The notes under the pieces: model-generated
Databases searched by the model: none
What the model was told of the DNA's origin: nothing
Seen by the model: only the letters and a program-made list of their open reading frames with translations
Shown here: positions 1 to 9,607 of the stretch, in pieces
Layout of the letters: every line of letters begins with the position of its first letter
How positions within the stretch are numbered: the stretch's first letter is position 1
Program-made: the position numbers and the translations under genes
Assembly (NCBI GenBank): GCA_963806225.1
Contig: CAWDXG010000004.1
Location: forward strand, 1,216,001-1,280,000
DNA: 64,000 nt
Reading direction: 5' to 3'
DNA from: an uncultured delta proteobacterium
Lineage (GTDB): Bacteria > Myxococcota_A > Polyangia > Polyangiales > Polyangiaceae

Positions 1-182
1 TTGTAGTTGCCGGCGCGGTAGAGCTTGATGCCCGTGGTCGCAAGCGAGCGCGCGGTCGCCCTGTCGGCGGCCGACTGGGCGCGGGCGGGCGACGCGGCGA
101 GGAGCAACCCCGCGCCGAGACCGGCGGCGGAAAGGGCGAGGCGGACGTGCAGGGCAACTACAGGCAACCTGTGGGCAGGCAT
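1..182 (-). CDS. Secreted TPR/PEGA-type protein, N-terminal part (continues off the left edge)
   Basis: Manual translation from ATG at 182: MPAHRLPVVALHVRLALSAAGLGAGLLLAASPARA-QSAADRATARSLATTGIKLYRAGNY. This is a signal peptide plus a TPR-like helix, typical of genes downstream of myxobacterial Ser/Thr kinases. Confidence 0.6.
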   Translation of the reverse strand, partial: MPAHRLPVVALHVRLALSAAGLGAGLLLAASPARAQSAADRATARSLATTGIKLYRAGNY

Positions 183-253
183 ATCGCCCCATTGAGTAGG
201 TCCACGCGCATGCCGGGGTCAAGCAACAGGCGGTGGGCGCGAGGCGGAGCCCG

Positions 254-1689
254 CTAGTAGCCGAGCTCGATCTTGCCCGTCGACCCGCCGCTCTTGTGCG
301 TGGCGGCTGCGTGCGGCTTCACCGTGGCGTGCCGGTGCGGAGCGGCCGCCGGTCGCCTGGCCGTGGCCGGTGGGGGCGCGACGGACGGCTTTTCTGCGAC
401 GCTGGCGCTCGGAACCGGCTCCACGGCGGGCTTGGCCGACGCCGTGGGCGGTAGGGCGTTGGGGGCCGGACCCGCCGAGGGCACGGCCACTGCAATGCTG
501 GCCGACGGTTCGGGGCCGCTTGCCTTCGCCGGGGCCGCTGGGCTCTTGCCGAGCTTGTAGGCGACAGCCGAACCCACGCCGAGCACCAGCACGCCGGCCA
601 CCGCGAGCGCCACGACCAGCCCGACACGCGACTTGCCGGGCGGAGCCGGTGTCTGCGTAGTCGGCGCGCCGGTGAGCGCCGCGGGCGGAGGAGTAAGCCC
701 CCCGATGCCAGGCGTGACGACAGCAGCCTGCGTCCGCGCGGTGGACCACTCCGCATTGCTGGGCGCTGCCTGGTGCGGACTGCTCGGGTCGACCATCGAC
801 GACATCGGCAGCCGCTGCGACAGGCCGCTCGCGGCCATCAGCTCGTCGGCCAGCTCGCGCGCGTTGCCGAAGCGATTCTCCGGCTCACGGGCGAGCGCCC
901 GGGCAAACCATGCGTCGAAGGTCGGCGGCACGCCCGCCACCAGCGTCGATGGAACAGGCAGCGGCGCGGTGCAGATCTTGACCAGCACGTCGCCGATTGC
1001 CTCGCCCTCGAAGGGCAGGCTCCCGACCACGCAGCGGTATGCGATGACGCCGATGGACCACAGATCCGAGCGGTAGTCGACCGAACGCAGGCCCCGTGCC
1101 TGTTCGGGGCTCATGTAGTAGGGCGTGCCCAGCACCGAGCCGGTGCGCGTCGCAGACGACGCGCCGAGCGTCGGATCGGTGAACTTCGCGATGCCGAAGT
1201 CGACGACCTTGGCGATGTCCGCCTGGTCCTCGTCGTCCCAGACGAGAAACACGTTCTCCGGTTTCAGGTCACGATGCACGATGCCCGCCTCGTGCGCCTT
1301 GGACAGCGCACGGCAGGTCTGCATGATGATGTTCGCTGTATCCGGCAGCGAAAGCCGTCCCACGCGATCGAGTCGCTTGTCGAGTGGCTCGCCGGAGAGG
1401 AACTCCATGACGATGTACGGGCGCCCATCGTCGCTCACCCCGTGGTCGTAGACCTGCACGACGTGCTTGCTTCGCAGCGTGGCCGCTGCACGCGCCTCGT
1501 TCGGAAGCGATTCCGTGCTTCCTCGTCTTCGGCGTAGGCCGCATCGATGAACTTGACCGCGACGCGGGTGCCCAACGAGGTGTGGAGGCCTTCCCAGACG
1601 GAGCCCATGCCACCACGGCCCAGCAGCCTGGTCAGGCGGTATTTGTCCGCTACCAGCTCCGAAGGCACTTCGTCGGCCGCCCCTGGCAT
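254..1689 (-). CDS. Membrane Ser/Thr protein kinase (one frameshift near 1500)
   Basis: N-terminus LGRGGMGSVW/VAVKF is in ORF 1435-1689. HRDLKPEN, DFG, GTPYYMSPEQ, a TM helix and a Pro/Ala-rich tail are in ORF 254-1768. Confidence 0.92.
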
Positions 1690-1821
1690 TTCGCCTGCTA
1701 GCGTACTGTCCCTGGCTCCGCGGTGCCAGGTATTGTCGACAAACCGCGCCGCGAGGCGAAAATTGCACCTCCGGTCGCGCGCGGGATCCGGCGCCGGGGA
1801 CGGTGTGCTACACGCGCCGAC

Positions 1822-4561
1822 ATGCCGACCCGGCTGTTTCCGCCCGGCTGCCCCCGACGTGCTCTACGTCGTCGATCTGAGCGGGTACGTTTTCCGCGCC
1901 TACCACGCCATCCGCGAGCTCTCGAGCCCGAGCGGCGAGCCCACGAACGCAGTGTTCGGGACGGTCAACATGCTCGAGCGCCTGGTGCGCGAGCAGCAGC
2001 CCCACATGCTCGCCGTGGCCATGGACTCCGGGCGCGACACCTTCCGCCGCGAGCTCTATCCGGAATACAAGGCGCACCGCCCCCCTGCCCCGCCCGAGCT
2101 GAAAAGCCAGATCGCCCGCGTCGCCGAGATCGTCGACGCCTTCGCGATCCCGATCCTGCAGCAGCAAGGCGTCGAGGCCGACGACCTGATCGCCTGCGCG
2201 GTGCGCCGCGCCGCCGATGAGAACGTCAAGGTCGTGATCGTCAGTGCCGACAAGGATCTCATGCAGCTGGTCGGCCCCGACGTGGTGATGTGGGACACCA
2301 TGCGCGACCGCGTGTTCGGCGTGGACGAGGTCCAGGAGCGCTTCAAGGTGCGCGTCGACCAGGTGCGCGACCTGCTCTCGCTGATGGGCGACACCTCCGA
2401 CAACATCCCCGGCGTGCCCTCGGTCGGCCCCAAGACGGCCGCCGATCTCTTGAACAGCTACGACACGCTCGAGGGCGTGTACGAGCACCTCGACGACATC
2501 AAGCGCAAGAAGCTGCGCGAGACGCTGGAAGCGAACAAGGACCAGGCGCTGATGAGCCAGAAGCTCGTCACGCTCAAGGATGACTGCGTGATCGACTTCG
2601 ATCCGCACGCGCTCCGCTACGGCGGTCGCGACGTGGCGCGACTGCGCCTTCTGTACGCCGAGCTCGGCTTCCACCGCTTCATCGCCCAGCTCGACGCCGA
2701 GGCGTCGGCAGCGCCCGCAGCAGGCGCAGCGGGCCAGGCCGAGCCGCCTCCGCCGCCCGCAGCCATCGAAGCGAAGTATGAAGCGGTGCTCGACGCCGCC
2801 GAGCTCGAACGCCTCGCCGCCGAAGCGCAAAGAGCCGAGTGGCTCGCAGTCGACACCGAGACCGCGTCGCTCGGCGCGACCAGCGCGGCGCTGGTCGGTC
2901 TGTCGCTCTCCTGGGAGCCGGGCCGCGCGTACTACGTGCCCGTAGCGCATCGCTACATGGGCGCGCCGCCGCAGCTCCCGCTCGACAAGGTTCAGGAAGT
3001 GCTCGGTCCGCTGCTGTCCGCCGACAGCCCGAAGAAGACCGGGCACAACCTCAAGTACGACGACTGCGTGCTGCGCCGGCACGGCCTACCGCTCGGCGGC
3101 ATCGCCTTCGACTCGCGGCTCGCCGACTACCTGCTCGATCCGGAGCAGCGCCACGGCCTGAAGGACCTCGCCGAGCGCGAGCTCGGCGTGATGATGACGA
3201 ACTACGACCAGGTCACGCACAAGAGCCGCGGCCACCAGCTGGCCTTTGACGAGGTGCCGCTCGACGAAGCGACGCCCTACGCCGCCGCCGACGCCGATCT
3301 CTCGCTCAGGCTGATGCAGCGCCTCGCGCCGCGCGTCGCCGACGAGGGCCTCACGCGCGTCTTCGAGGAGATCGAGGTGCCGCTCAGCCGCGTGCTGGCC
3401 GACATGGAGATGGACGGCGTGCTGGTCGACACGAAAGTTCTTGGCGTGCTCGGCAAGCAGGTCGAGAAGGATCTGGAGCGGCTGGAGAAGGAGGCGCACC
3501 GCATCGCCGGCCGCCCCTTCAACGTCAACTCGCCGCGCCAGCTCGAGACGCTCTTGTTCGACGAGTGCGGCCTCAAGCCCATCAAGCGCACCAAGACCTC
3601 GCGCTCGACGGACGCCGCCACGCTGGAAGCGCTCGCCGATCAGCACGAGCTGCCGCGCGTGATCCTCGAGCTGCGCCAGCTCGCCAAGCTCAAGGGCACC
3701 TACATCGATACGCTGCCCCGGCTGGTCCACAAGGACACCGGTCGCATCCACACCTCGTGGGAGCAGGCGGTGGCCGCGACGGGGCGCCTCTCCTCCACCG
3801 ATCCAAACCTACAGAACATCCCCATCCGCACCGAGCTCGGCCGCTCCATCCGCAGCGCCTTCATCGCGCCGCCCGGCACCGAGCTGGTGAGCGCCGACTA
3901 CTCGCAGATCGAGCTCAGGGTGCTGGCGCACCTGTCGCAGGATCCGGTGCTGCTCGAAGCCTTCCGCACGGGACAGGACATCCACACGCGCACGGCGATG
4001 GAGATCTTCGAGCTCGACGCAAGCAAGCTCACGCCCGAACACCGCCGCCGCGCCAAGGCGGTCAACTTCGGCGTCATCTACGGCCAGGGCGACAGTGGGC
4101 TCGGCAAGAGCCTGGGCATTCCGCGCGCCGAGGCCTCGAGCTTCATTGCCGCGTACTTCCGTCGCTACGAGGGCGTGCGTCGCTTCATGGACGAGACGCT
4201 GGAGCATGCGCGCGCCGGCGAGAGCGTGCGCACGCTGCTCGGCCGCCGGCGGCTCCTGCCCGACATCCACAGCGGCAACCGCGCGCGCCGCCTCGCCGCC
4301 GAGCGCATCGCGATGAACACGCCCATCCAGGGCACCGCCGCCGATCTGCTCAAGCTGGCCATGCTTGCCCTCGCCGAGCCCGTCGCTCCCGGCGCGCGCA
4401 TGATCCTCACCGTCCACGACGAGCTCGTGTTCGAGGTCCCCGAAGAGCACGTTGAGGCCGCCATGGCGCGCGTCAAGCAGGCGATGGAGAACGTGTATCC
4501 GCTCGATGTGCCGCTCACCGTCGAGGTCGGCCACGGCGCAAACTGGAACGACGCGCACTAG
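1822..4561 (+). CDS. polA: DNA polymerase I (probable frameshift near 1850, just after the start)
   Basis: 5'-3' exonuclease (VDLSGYVFRAYHA, GDTSDNIPGVPSVGPKTA), proofreading-like domain, and Pol A motifs (DYSQIELRVLAH, RRRAKAVNFGVIYG, TVHDEL). ATG at 1822 (MPTRLFPP) is in a different frame. Confidence 0.97.
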
Positions 4562-4564
4562 TTT

Positions 4565-4679
4565 GTCTCCCGCCCACCCGCCCCCACCGGAGTCCTTCTC
4601 GAGGGGGCTCACCGGGCGGGCGGGTGCGACCGTCGCCCCGACGCGACTCGCTGCGCTCGCCGCGGCTCCGCTGTCGCTC
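4565..4679 (+). repeat. Extragenic repeated element, copy 1 (~110 bp, REP/MITE-like)
   Basis: ctcccgcccacccgcccccaccggagtccttctcgagggggctcaccg...gcgactcgctgcgctcgccgcggctccgctgtcgctc, directly after the polA stop. Aligns with copy 2. Confidence 0.8.
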
Positions 4680-4816
4680 CGCGGCGTCCACCTGCATGCC
4701 TGTTCTGCTGGCAGATCCCAGCAGCGGGATCGAGGCTGCGGCTGACCGGCGACAGCAAGCGGTTGCCCAATCGGCTTCAATGACCTAGCGTTCCGGCCCC
4801 TGCGCGTGCCGAGCAC

Positions 4817-5539
4817 ATGAGCGAAGCGAGCGAAAAGCCCCGCATCTCGATCGTCATCCCCGTGTACAACGAGGAGGCGATCCTGCACGCGGCCATCGTG
4901 GATCTGCGCGAGCGTCTGGCGCCGCTGGGCTGGGCGTACGAGATCATCATCGCCGAGAACGGCTCTCGCGACCGCACCGTGCAGATCGCCCAGGAGCTCG
5001 GCGAGAAATACCCCGAGGTGCGCATGCTGTCGGCGGGCGAGCCCAACTACGGCAAGGCGCTCCGGCTCGGCATCCTCGACGCGCGCGGCGACATCGTGCT
5101 GTGCGAGGAGATCGACCTCTGCGATACCGGCTTCCACCAGCAGGCGGTCGAGCTGCTCGACTCGGGTGAGGCCGACATGGTCATCGGCTCCAAGCTGATC
5201 GGCGGCGCCGAGGACGACCGGCCCTGGGTGCGGCACGCGGCGAGCGTGTTCTACACCGGTCTGCTCCGCACGTTGCTGGGCTTCCGCGGCACCGACACCC
5301 ACGGACTCAAGGCATTCCGCCGCAGCGCGCTCGAGCCGCTCGTGCGCGCCTGCCTCATCGAACGCGACGTGTTCGCCAGCGAGCTCGTGATCCGCGCCTA
5401 CCGCGCCAACGTGCGCATCCGCGAAATCCCGGTGCGCGTGATGGAAAAGCGACCGCCCTCGATCAATCTATTCAAGCGGGTACCCAACGTGCTGCGCAGC
5501 GTCGCACGGCTGACCTGGGCGATCCGGGTCAAGGGATAG
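4817..5539 (+). CDS. Family 2 glycosyltransferase (DPM/DPG-synthase-like)
   Basis: ISIVIPVYNEE, ENGSRDRT, NYGKALRLG, TDTHGLKAFRR. Confidence 0.9.
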   Translation: MSEASEKPRISIVIPVYNEEAILHAAIVDLRERLAPLGWAYEIIIAENGSRDRTVQIAQELGEKYPEVRMLSAGEPNYGKALRLGILDARGDIVLCEEIDLCDTGFHQQAVELLDSGEADMVIGSKLIGGAEDDRPWVRHAASVFYTGLLRTLLGFRGTDTHGLKAFRRSALEPLVRACLIERDVFASELVIRAYRANVRIREIPVRVMEKRPPSINLFKRVPNVLRSVARLTWAIRVKG

Positions 5540-5543
5540 GCTG

Positions 5544-5651
5544 GTCTCCTCCCGCCCACCCACCCCCACCGGAGTCCTCCACGAGGGGGCTTACCGCCCC
5601 TCGAGCACCCCGAGGCGATTCGCTCCGCTCATCGCGGGCTCGCTGTCGCTC
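5544..5651 (+). repeat. Extragenic repeated element, copy 2
   Basis: ctcccgcccacccacccccaccggagtcctccacgagggggcttaccg...gcgattcgctccgctcatcgcgggctcgctgtcgctc, directly after the GT2 stop. Confidence 0.8.
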
Positions 5652-5662
5652 GCCGGCTCCGC

Positions 5663-6325
5663 CTACCAGCGTTCGATGGGCCAGCTGCGGCGGCGGGCGA
5701 TGCGGCGCAGGCGGGCGTCGGGGTTGACGGTGACGGGGCGCTGCACGCGCTCGAGCAGGGGCAGGTCGGTGATGCTGTCGCTGTAGAAGGTAGCTGCCCC
5801 CAGCTCGAAGCCTTCGCGCTCGGCGATACGCTCGCTGAGCTCGATCTTTCCGGGGCCGTAGCACATGGGCTCGACCAGACGGCCCGTGAAGAGCCCCTGC
5901 TCGTCCACTTCCAGCTCGGTGCACACAACGTGTTCGATATCGAGCTCCCGCGCCAGCGGTCGCGCCGCGTAGGGCGTGGCGCTGGTGACGATGGCAACCA
6001 GGTCCCCGGCCTCTTGATGACGGCGCACGGCTTCGCGCCCCGCATCACACACGTGTTCGAGCACGTAGTCGCGGAACCACACCTCGCAGGACGCGATCAT
6101 GCTCGCCTCGTCGCGTCCGCGGTACCCCGCGAGGACCTTCCTCGCAACGCGCGGTGCGTCGATGACGCCGAACGTGTACTGCAGCAGCCACCAGGCCACG
6201 CGCGCCACGTCCAACGCCCCGACCTCGCCCACGTCGCGCTGGTAGCGGGTGTAGAGCGTGGCCGAGTCCTTGCGGATCAGGGTCCGATCCATATCGAACA
6301 GAGCGGCGCGGCGGGTTCTGGGCAT
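5663..6325 (-). CDS. HAD-IB family hydrolase (SerB/PSPase-like)
   Basis: Motif I LFDMDRTLI, motif II IVTSA, GPGK, FYSDSITDLPLL...VNPD. Confidence 0.9.
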   Translation of the reverse strand: MPRTRRAALFDMDRTLIRKDSATLYTRYQRDVGEVGALDVARVAWWLLQYTFGVIDAPRVARKVLAGYRGRDEASMIASCEVWFRDYVLEHVCDAGREAVRRHQEAGDLVAIVTSATPYAARPLARELDIEHVVCTELEVDEQGLFTGRLVEPMCYGPGKIELSERIAEREGFELGAATFYSDSITDLPLLERVQRPVTVNPDARLRRIARRRSWPIERW

Positions 6326-6386
6326 GAACAGATTCGCGAGGTAGCGGAGTCGCGGGCAGTCGTCTACATGATGCCCTGGACCGACA

Positions 6387-8933
6387 ATGCAAGCCCTGCC
6401 CATCGATCCGCTGCTGCCCCGGCTCGTCAGCGAGCTATCCTCGGCGCGGGCGCTGGTGCTGGAAGCGCCGCCGGGAGCGGGCAAGACCACTCGCGTGCCC
6501 GGGGCGCTGCTGGACGCGGGGCTTTCAGGCTACGGCGAGATCCTGGTGGCGGAGCCGCGGCGGCTGGCCGCCCGGCTCGCGGCGCGGCGCGTGGCGTCGG
6601 AGCGTGGCGAAGCAGTGGGCCGGAGCATCGGCTACACGGTGCGCTTCGAGGATGTCTCGAGCCGACAGACGCGCATCCGCTACGTGACCGAGGGCGTGCT
6701 GGCGCGGCGGCTGCTCGACGACCCGACGCTGGAAGGGGTGGGCGCGGTGGTGCTCGACGAGTTCCACGAGCGGCACCTGGCGACCGATCTGTCGCTGGCG
6801 CTGGTCGCACGCCTTCAATCGGGCGCACGTCCCGATCTGAAGCTGATCGTGATGAGCGCAACGCTCGAAGCCGATCCGGTCGCGCGCTTCCTCGGCGACT
6901 GCCCGCTGCTCAGGAGCGAGGGCAAGCTGTTCCCGCTCACCTTCGAGCACCTGCCGCGGCCCGACGATCGCCCGCTGGAAAAGCAGGTGGCGAGCGCCGT
7001 CAAGCGCGCGCTCGCCGAGGAAGCGAGCGGCGACGTGCTGGTGTTCCTGCCCGGCGCGGCCGAGATCCGCCGCGCGGGCGAGGCGCTTTCGGCGACCGCG
7101 GAGCGCGAGGGGCTGCTCGTCCTGCCGCTGCACGGCGACTTGCCAATCGAAGCGCAGGCTCGCGCCGTCGAGCCCGCGTCGCAGCGCAAGGTGATCCTGA
7201 GCACCAACGTGGCCGAGTCGTCGGTGACCATCGACGGCGTGACGGCCGTCGTGGACAGCGGACTGTCGCGCCGCGCCTCGCACTCGCCGTGGACCGGCTT
7301 GCCGCGGCTGGAGCTGGCCAAGGTGAGCCGCGCCTCGGCGACGCAGCGTGCAGGGCGCGCGGGGCGCACGCGCGCCGGGCGCGTGCTGCGCCTGTACACC
7401 AAGGGCGACTTCGACACGCGGCCCGAGCACGACGCGCCCGAACTCTTGCGGTTGGATCTGTCGGACGCGCTGCTCGGCCTGCACGGCGCGGGCATCACCG
7501 ATCCAGCAGCCATGGCGTGGTTGGACGCGCCGCCCGCCGCGGCTCTGGAGGCAGCGGAGCTTCTTCTGGGTCGGCTCGGCGCGCTGGACGCGAAGGGCGC
7601 CATCACGGAGGTCGGGCGGCGCATGCTCGCCTTTCCGCTGCATCCGCGGCTGTCGCGCGTCGTGGTCGAAGCCGAAGCGCGCGGCGTGGCGGAAGAGGGC
7701 GCGCTGGTGGCCGCGCTGCTCGGCGAGCGCGATATCCGCAACCAGACGCGCACGCGCTTCGGCGGCCAGGCCTACGATGCGGCGCGCGAAGCGAGCGGGC
7801 CGTCGGACGTGCTGGAGCTCGTCGAGCGCTTCGACGAGGCGCGCGGCGCGCGCTTCGACCGGCAGAGCCTGCGCCAGATGCAGCTCGACGGACGCGCGGT
7901 GCAGGCGGTGGAGCGCGCGCGGCGGCAGATCGCGCGCATCGCGCGCGATCGCGGCGAGCGACCGGACGGACTGGACGGCATCGAAGAGGCGCTGTCGCTC
8001 GCGGTGCTGGCCGGCTTCGTCGATCGCGTGGCGCGGCGGCGCAAGCGCGGCGGCAGCGAGCTGACCCTGTCGAACGGCGCCGCGGCCGAGCTCTCGCCGT
8101 CGAGCGTGGTGCACGACGCGATGCTGATGGTGGCGGTCGACGTGGAAGAGCAGAGCGGGCGGCGCCGCGGCGGCGTCGTCAGAGTGGCCAGCGCCATCGA
8201 GCCCGAGTGGCTGCTCGACTTGCATCCCGATCTGCTGGAGATGAGCGACGAGCTCACATGGAACGCAGAAGCGGGCCGCGTCGATCGCGTGAGCCGCATC
8301 AGCTGCGGCTCGGTCGTGCTCGACGAGAGTCGCGCACCCGCGCCGCCGTCGGAGGAAGCGTCGCGCCTGCTCCTGCGCGCGGCGGAGGGACGCCCACTCG
8401 CCGCACACGACGCGCTGGAACAGCTGCGCGCGCGCATCGCGCTGGTGCGCGACAAGTGTCCGGAGCTCGGGCTCGACGAGCCGCCGGACAACGCCGCGCT
8501 GCTCGCACGGGCGTGCGAAGGTCTGACGCGGCTCTCCGAGCTGGAACAGCTCGATCTCGCGGCGCTGCTCCGCGCCGAGCTGCCCGCGGCGCGGCGGCTC
8601 TCGGAGCTGGCGCCGGAGCGCATCACGCTGCCGGGCGGGCGCAGCACGGCCGTGCACTACGAGCCCGGCAAGCCGCCCTGGATCGCCTCGCGGCTGCAGG
8701 ATTTCTTCGGCATGGGCTTCGCGCCGCGCATCTGCGACGGCCGCGAGCCGCTCACGCTGCACCTGCTCGCACCGAACCAGCGCGCCGTGCAGGTGACGAG
8801 CGATCTGTCCGGCTTCTGGGAGCGGCACTATCCGTCGATCCGCCGCGAGCTGATGCGCCGCTACCCGAAGCACGCCTGGCCGGAGGACGGACGCAACGCG
8901 AAGCCGCCCGCGCCGCGCGGGCGCAGACGCTAG
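6387..8933 (+). CDS. hrpB: ATP-dependent RNA helicase HrpB
   Basis: APPGAGKTT, EPRRLAAR, DEFHER, MSAT, TNVAESSVTI, QRAGRAGR, and the HrpB C-terminus LLAPNQRAVQVTSDLSGFW...YPKHAWP. Confidence 0.95.
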   Translation: MQALPIDPLLPRLVSELSSARALVLEAPPGAGKTTRVPGALLDAGLSGYGEILVAEPRRLAARLAARRVASERGEAVGRSIGYTVRFEDVSSRQTRIRYVTEGVLARRLLDDPTLEGVGAVVLDEFHERHLATDLSLALVARLQSGARPDLKLIVMSATLEADPVARFLGDCPLLRSEGKLFPLTFEHLPRPDDRPLEKQVASAVKRALAEEASGDVLVFLPGAAEIRRAGEALSATAEREGLLVLPLHGDLPIEAQARAVEPASQRKVILSTNVAESSVTIDGVTAVVDSGLSRRASHSPWTGLPRLELAKVSRASATQRAGRAGRTRAGRVLRLYTKGDFDTRPEHDAPELLRLDLSDALLGLHGAGITDPAAMAWLDAPPAAALEAAELLLGRLGALDAKGAITEVGRRMLAFPLHPRLSRVVVEAEARGVAEEGALVAALLGERDIRNQTRTRFGGQAYDAAREASGPSDVLELVERFDEARGARFDRQSLRQMQLDGRAVQAVERARRQIARIARDRGERPDGLDGIEEALSLAVLAGFVDRVARRRKRGGSELTLSNGAAAELSPSSVVHDAMLMVAVDVEEQSGRRRGGVVRVASAIEPEWLLDLHPDLLEMSDELTWNAEAGRVDRVSRISCGSVVLDESRAPAPPSEEASRLLLRAAEGRPLAAHDALEQLRARIALVRDKCPELGLDEPPDNAALLARACEGLTRLSELEQLDLAALLRAELPAARRLSELAPERITLPGGRSTAVHYEPGKPPWIASRLQDFFGMGFAPRICDGREPLTLHLLAPNQRAVQVTSDLSGFWERHYPSIRRELMRRYPKHAWPEDGRNAKPPAPRGRRR

Positions 8934-9607
8934 TGGCGGAGCGGGCTGAAGAAATCGAAGCCGATCGAGAATACCTCCGTGGGGACGAACGCGTAGCCGT
9001 CGCCGGGATCGTTGTTCACGGGGAACCACAGGTTGTACTCGGCGAGGAAGCCCGCGGAGCGCCCGCTCCACTCGAACCCGACCGTGAGCTGGACCAGGCC
9101 GTCGCCCGTGTTCGCGCGCGGCGCCAACGACTCGCCGGACGCGGGCGTTACATCGAGCTTCGGCCGCGTGATCCAGTTGTCGGCGTACGTGGCCGCCAGG
9201 TACGGCTCGAAGCCCGGCGTCGCGCGATAGCTCAGGATAGCGCCCGCCATACCCATGAGCGTCCGCGTCTCGCTGCCGACCGCGAACCCCGCGCCCGCGC
9301 GCGGCGCCACCGCCAGCCGCTCGTGAGGCGCCAGCACGTCGACTTTCACGTCGGCGCGTCCGCCCATGTACATCCACGGCTGCAGACCGATATCGACGTG
9401 GGGGGCCAGGCCGATGCGCGGCGCTGCCTGCAGACTGACCGCGTCGAGCGTGGTGCGCCCGGCGACGCCCGACAGCTTGTTCGACACGCCGTTCAGCCCG
9501 AAGGCGGCCGCTCCCTTCCCCGGCGGTTCGGTGTGCGCGGTCTGCATCAGGCCGTAGCCGCCGCAGCCGCTGGTCGCGAGCAGAAGCCCGAAGAGCGCGC
9601 CGCGCAT
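8930..9607 (-). CDS. Hypothetical lipoprotein with beta-barrel-like pattern
   Basis: Lipobox ATSG-C and alternating beta strands. Its ATG overlaps the upstream stop (TGATG). Confidence 0.65.
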   Translation of the reverse strand: MRGALFGLLLATSGCGGYGLMQTAHTEPPGKGAAAFGLNGVSNKLSGVAGRTTLDAVSLQAAPRIGLAPHVDIGLQPWMYMGGRADVKVDVLAPHERLAVAPRAGAGFAVGSETRTLMGMAGAILSYRATPGFEPYLAATYADNWITRPKLDVTPASGESLAPRANTGDGLVQLTVGFEWSGRSAGFLAEYNLWFPVNNDPGDGYAFVPTEVFSIGFDFFSPLRH

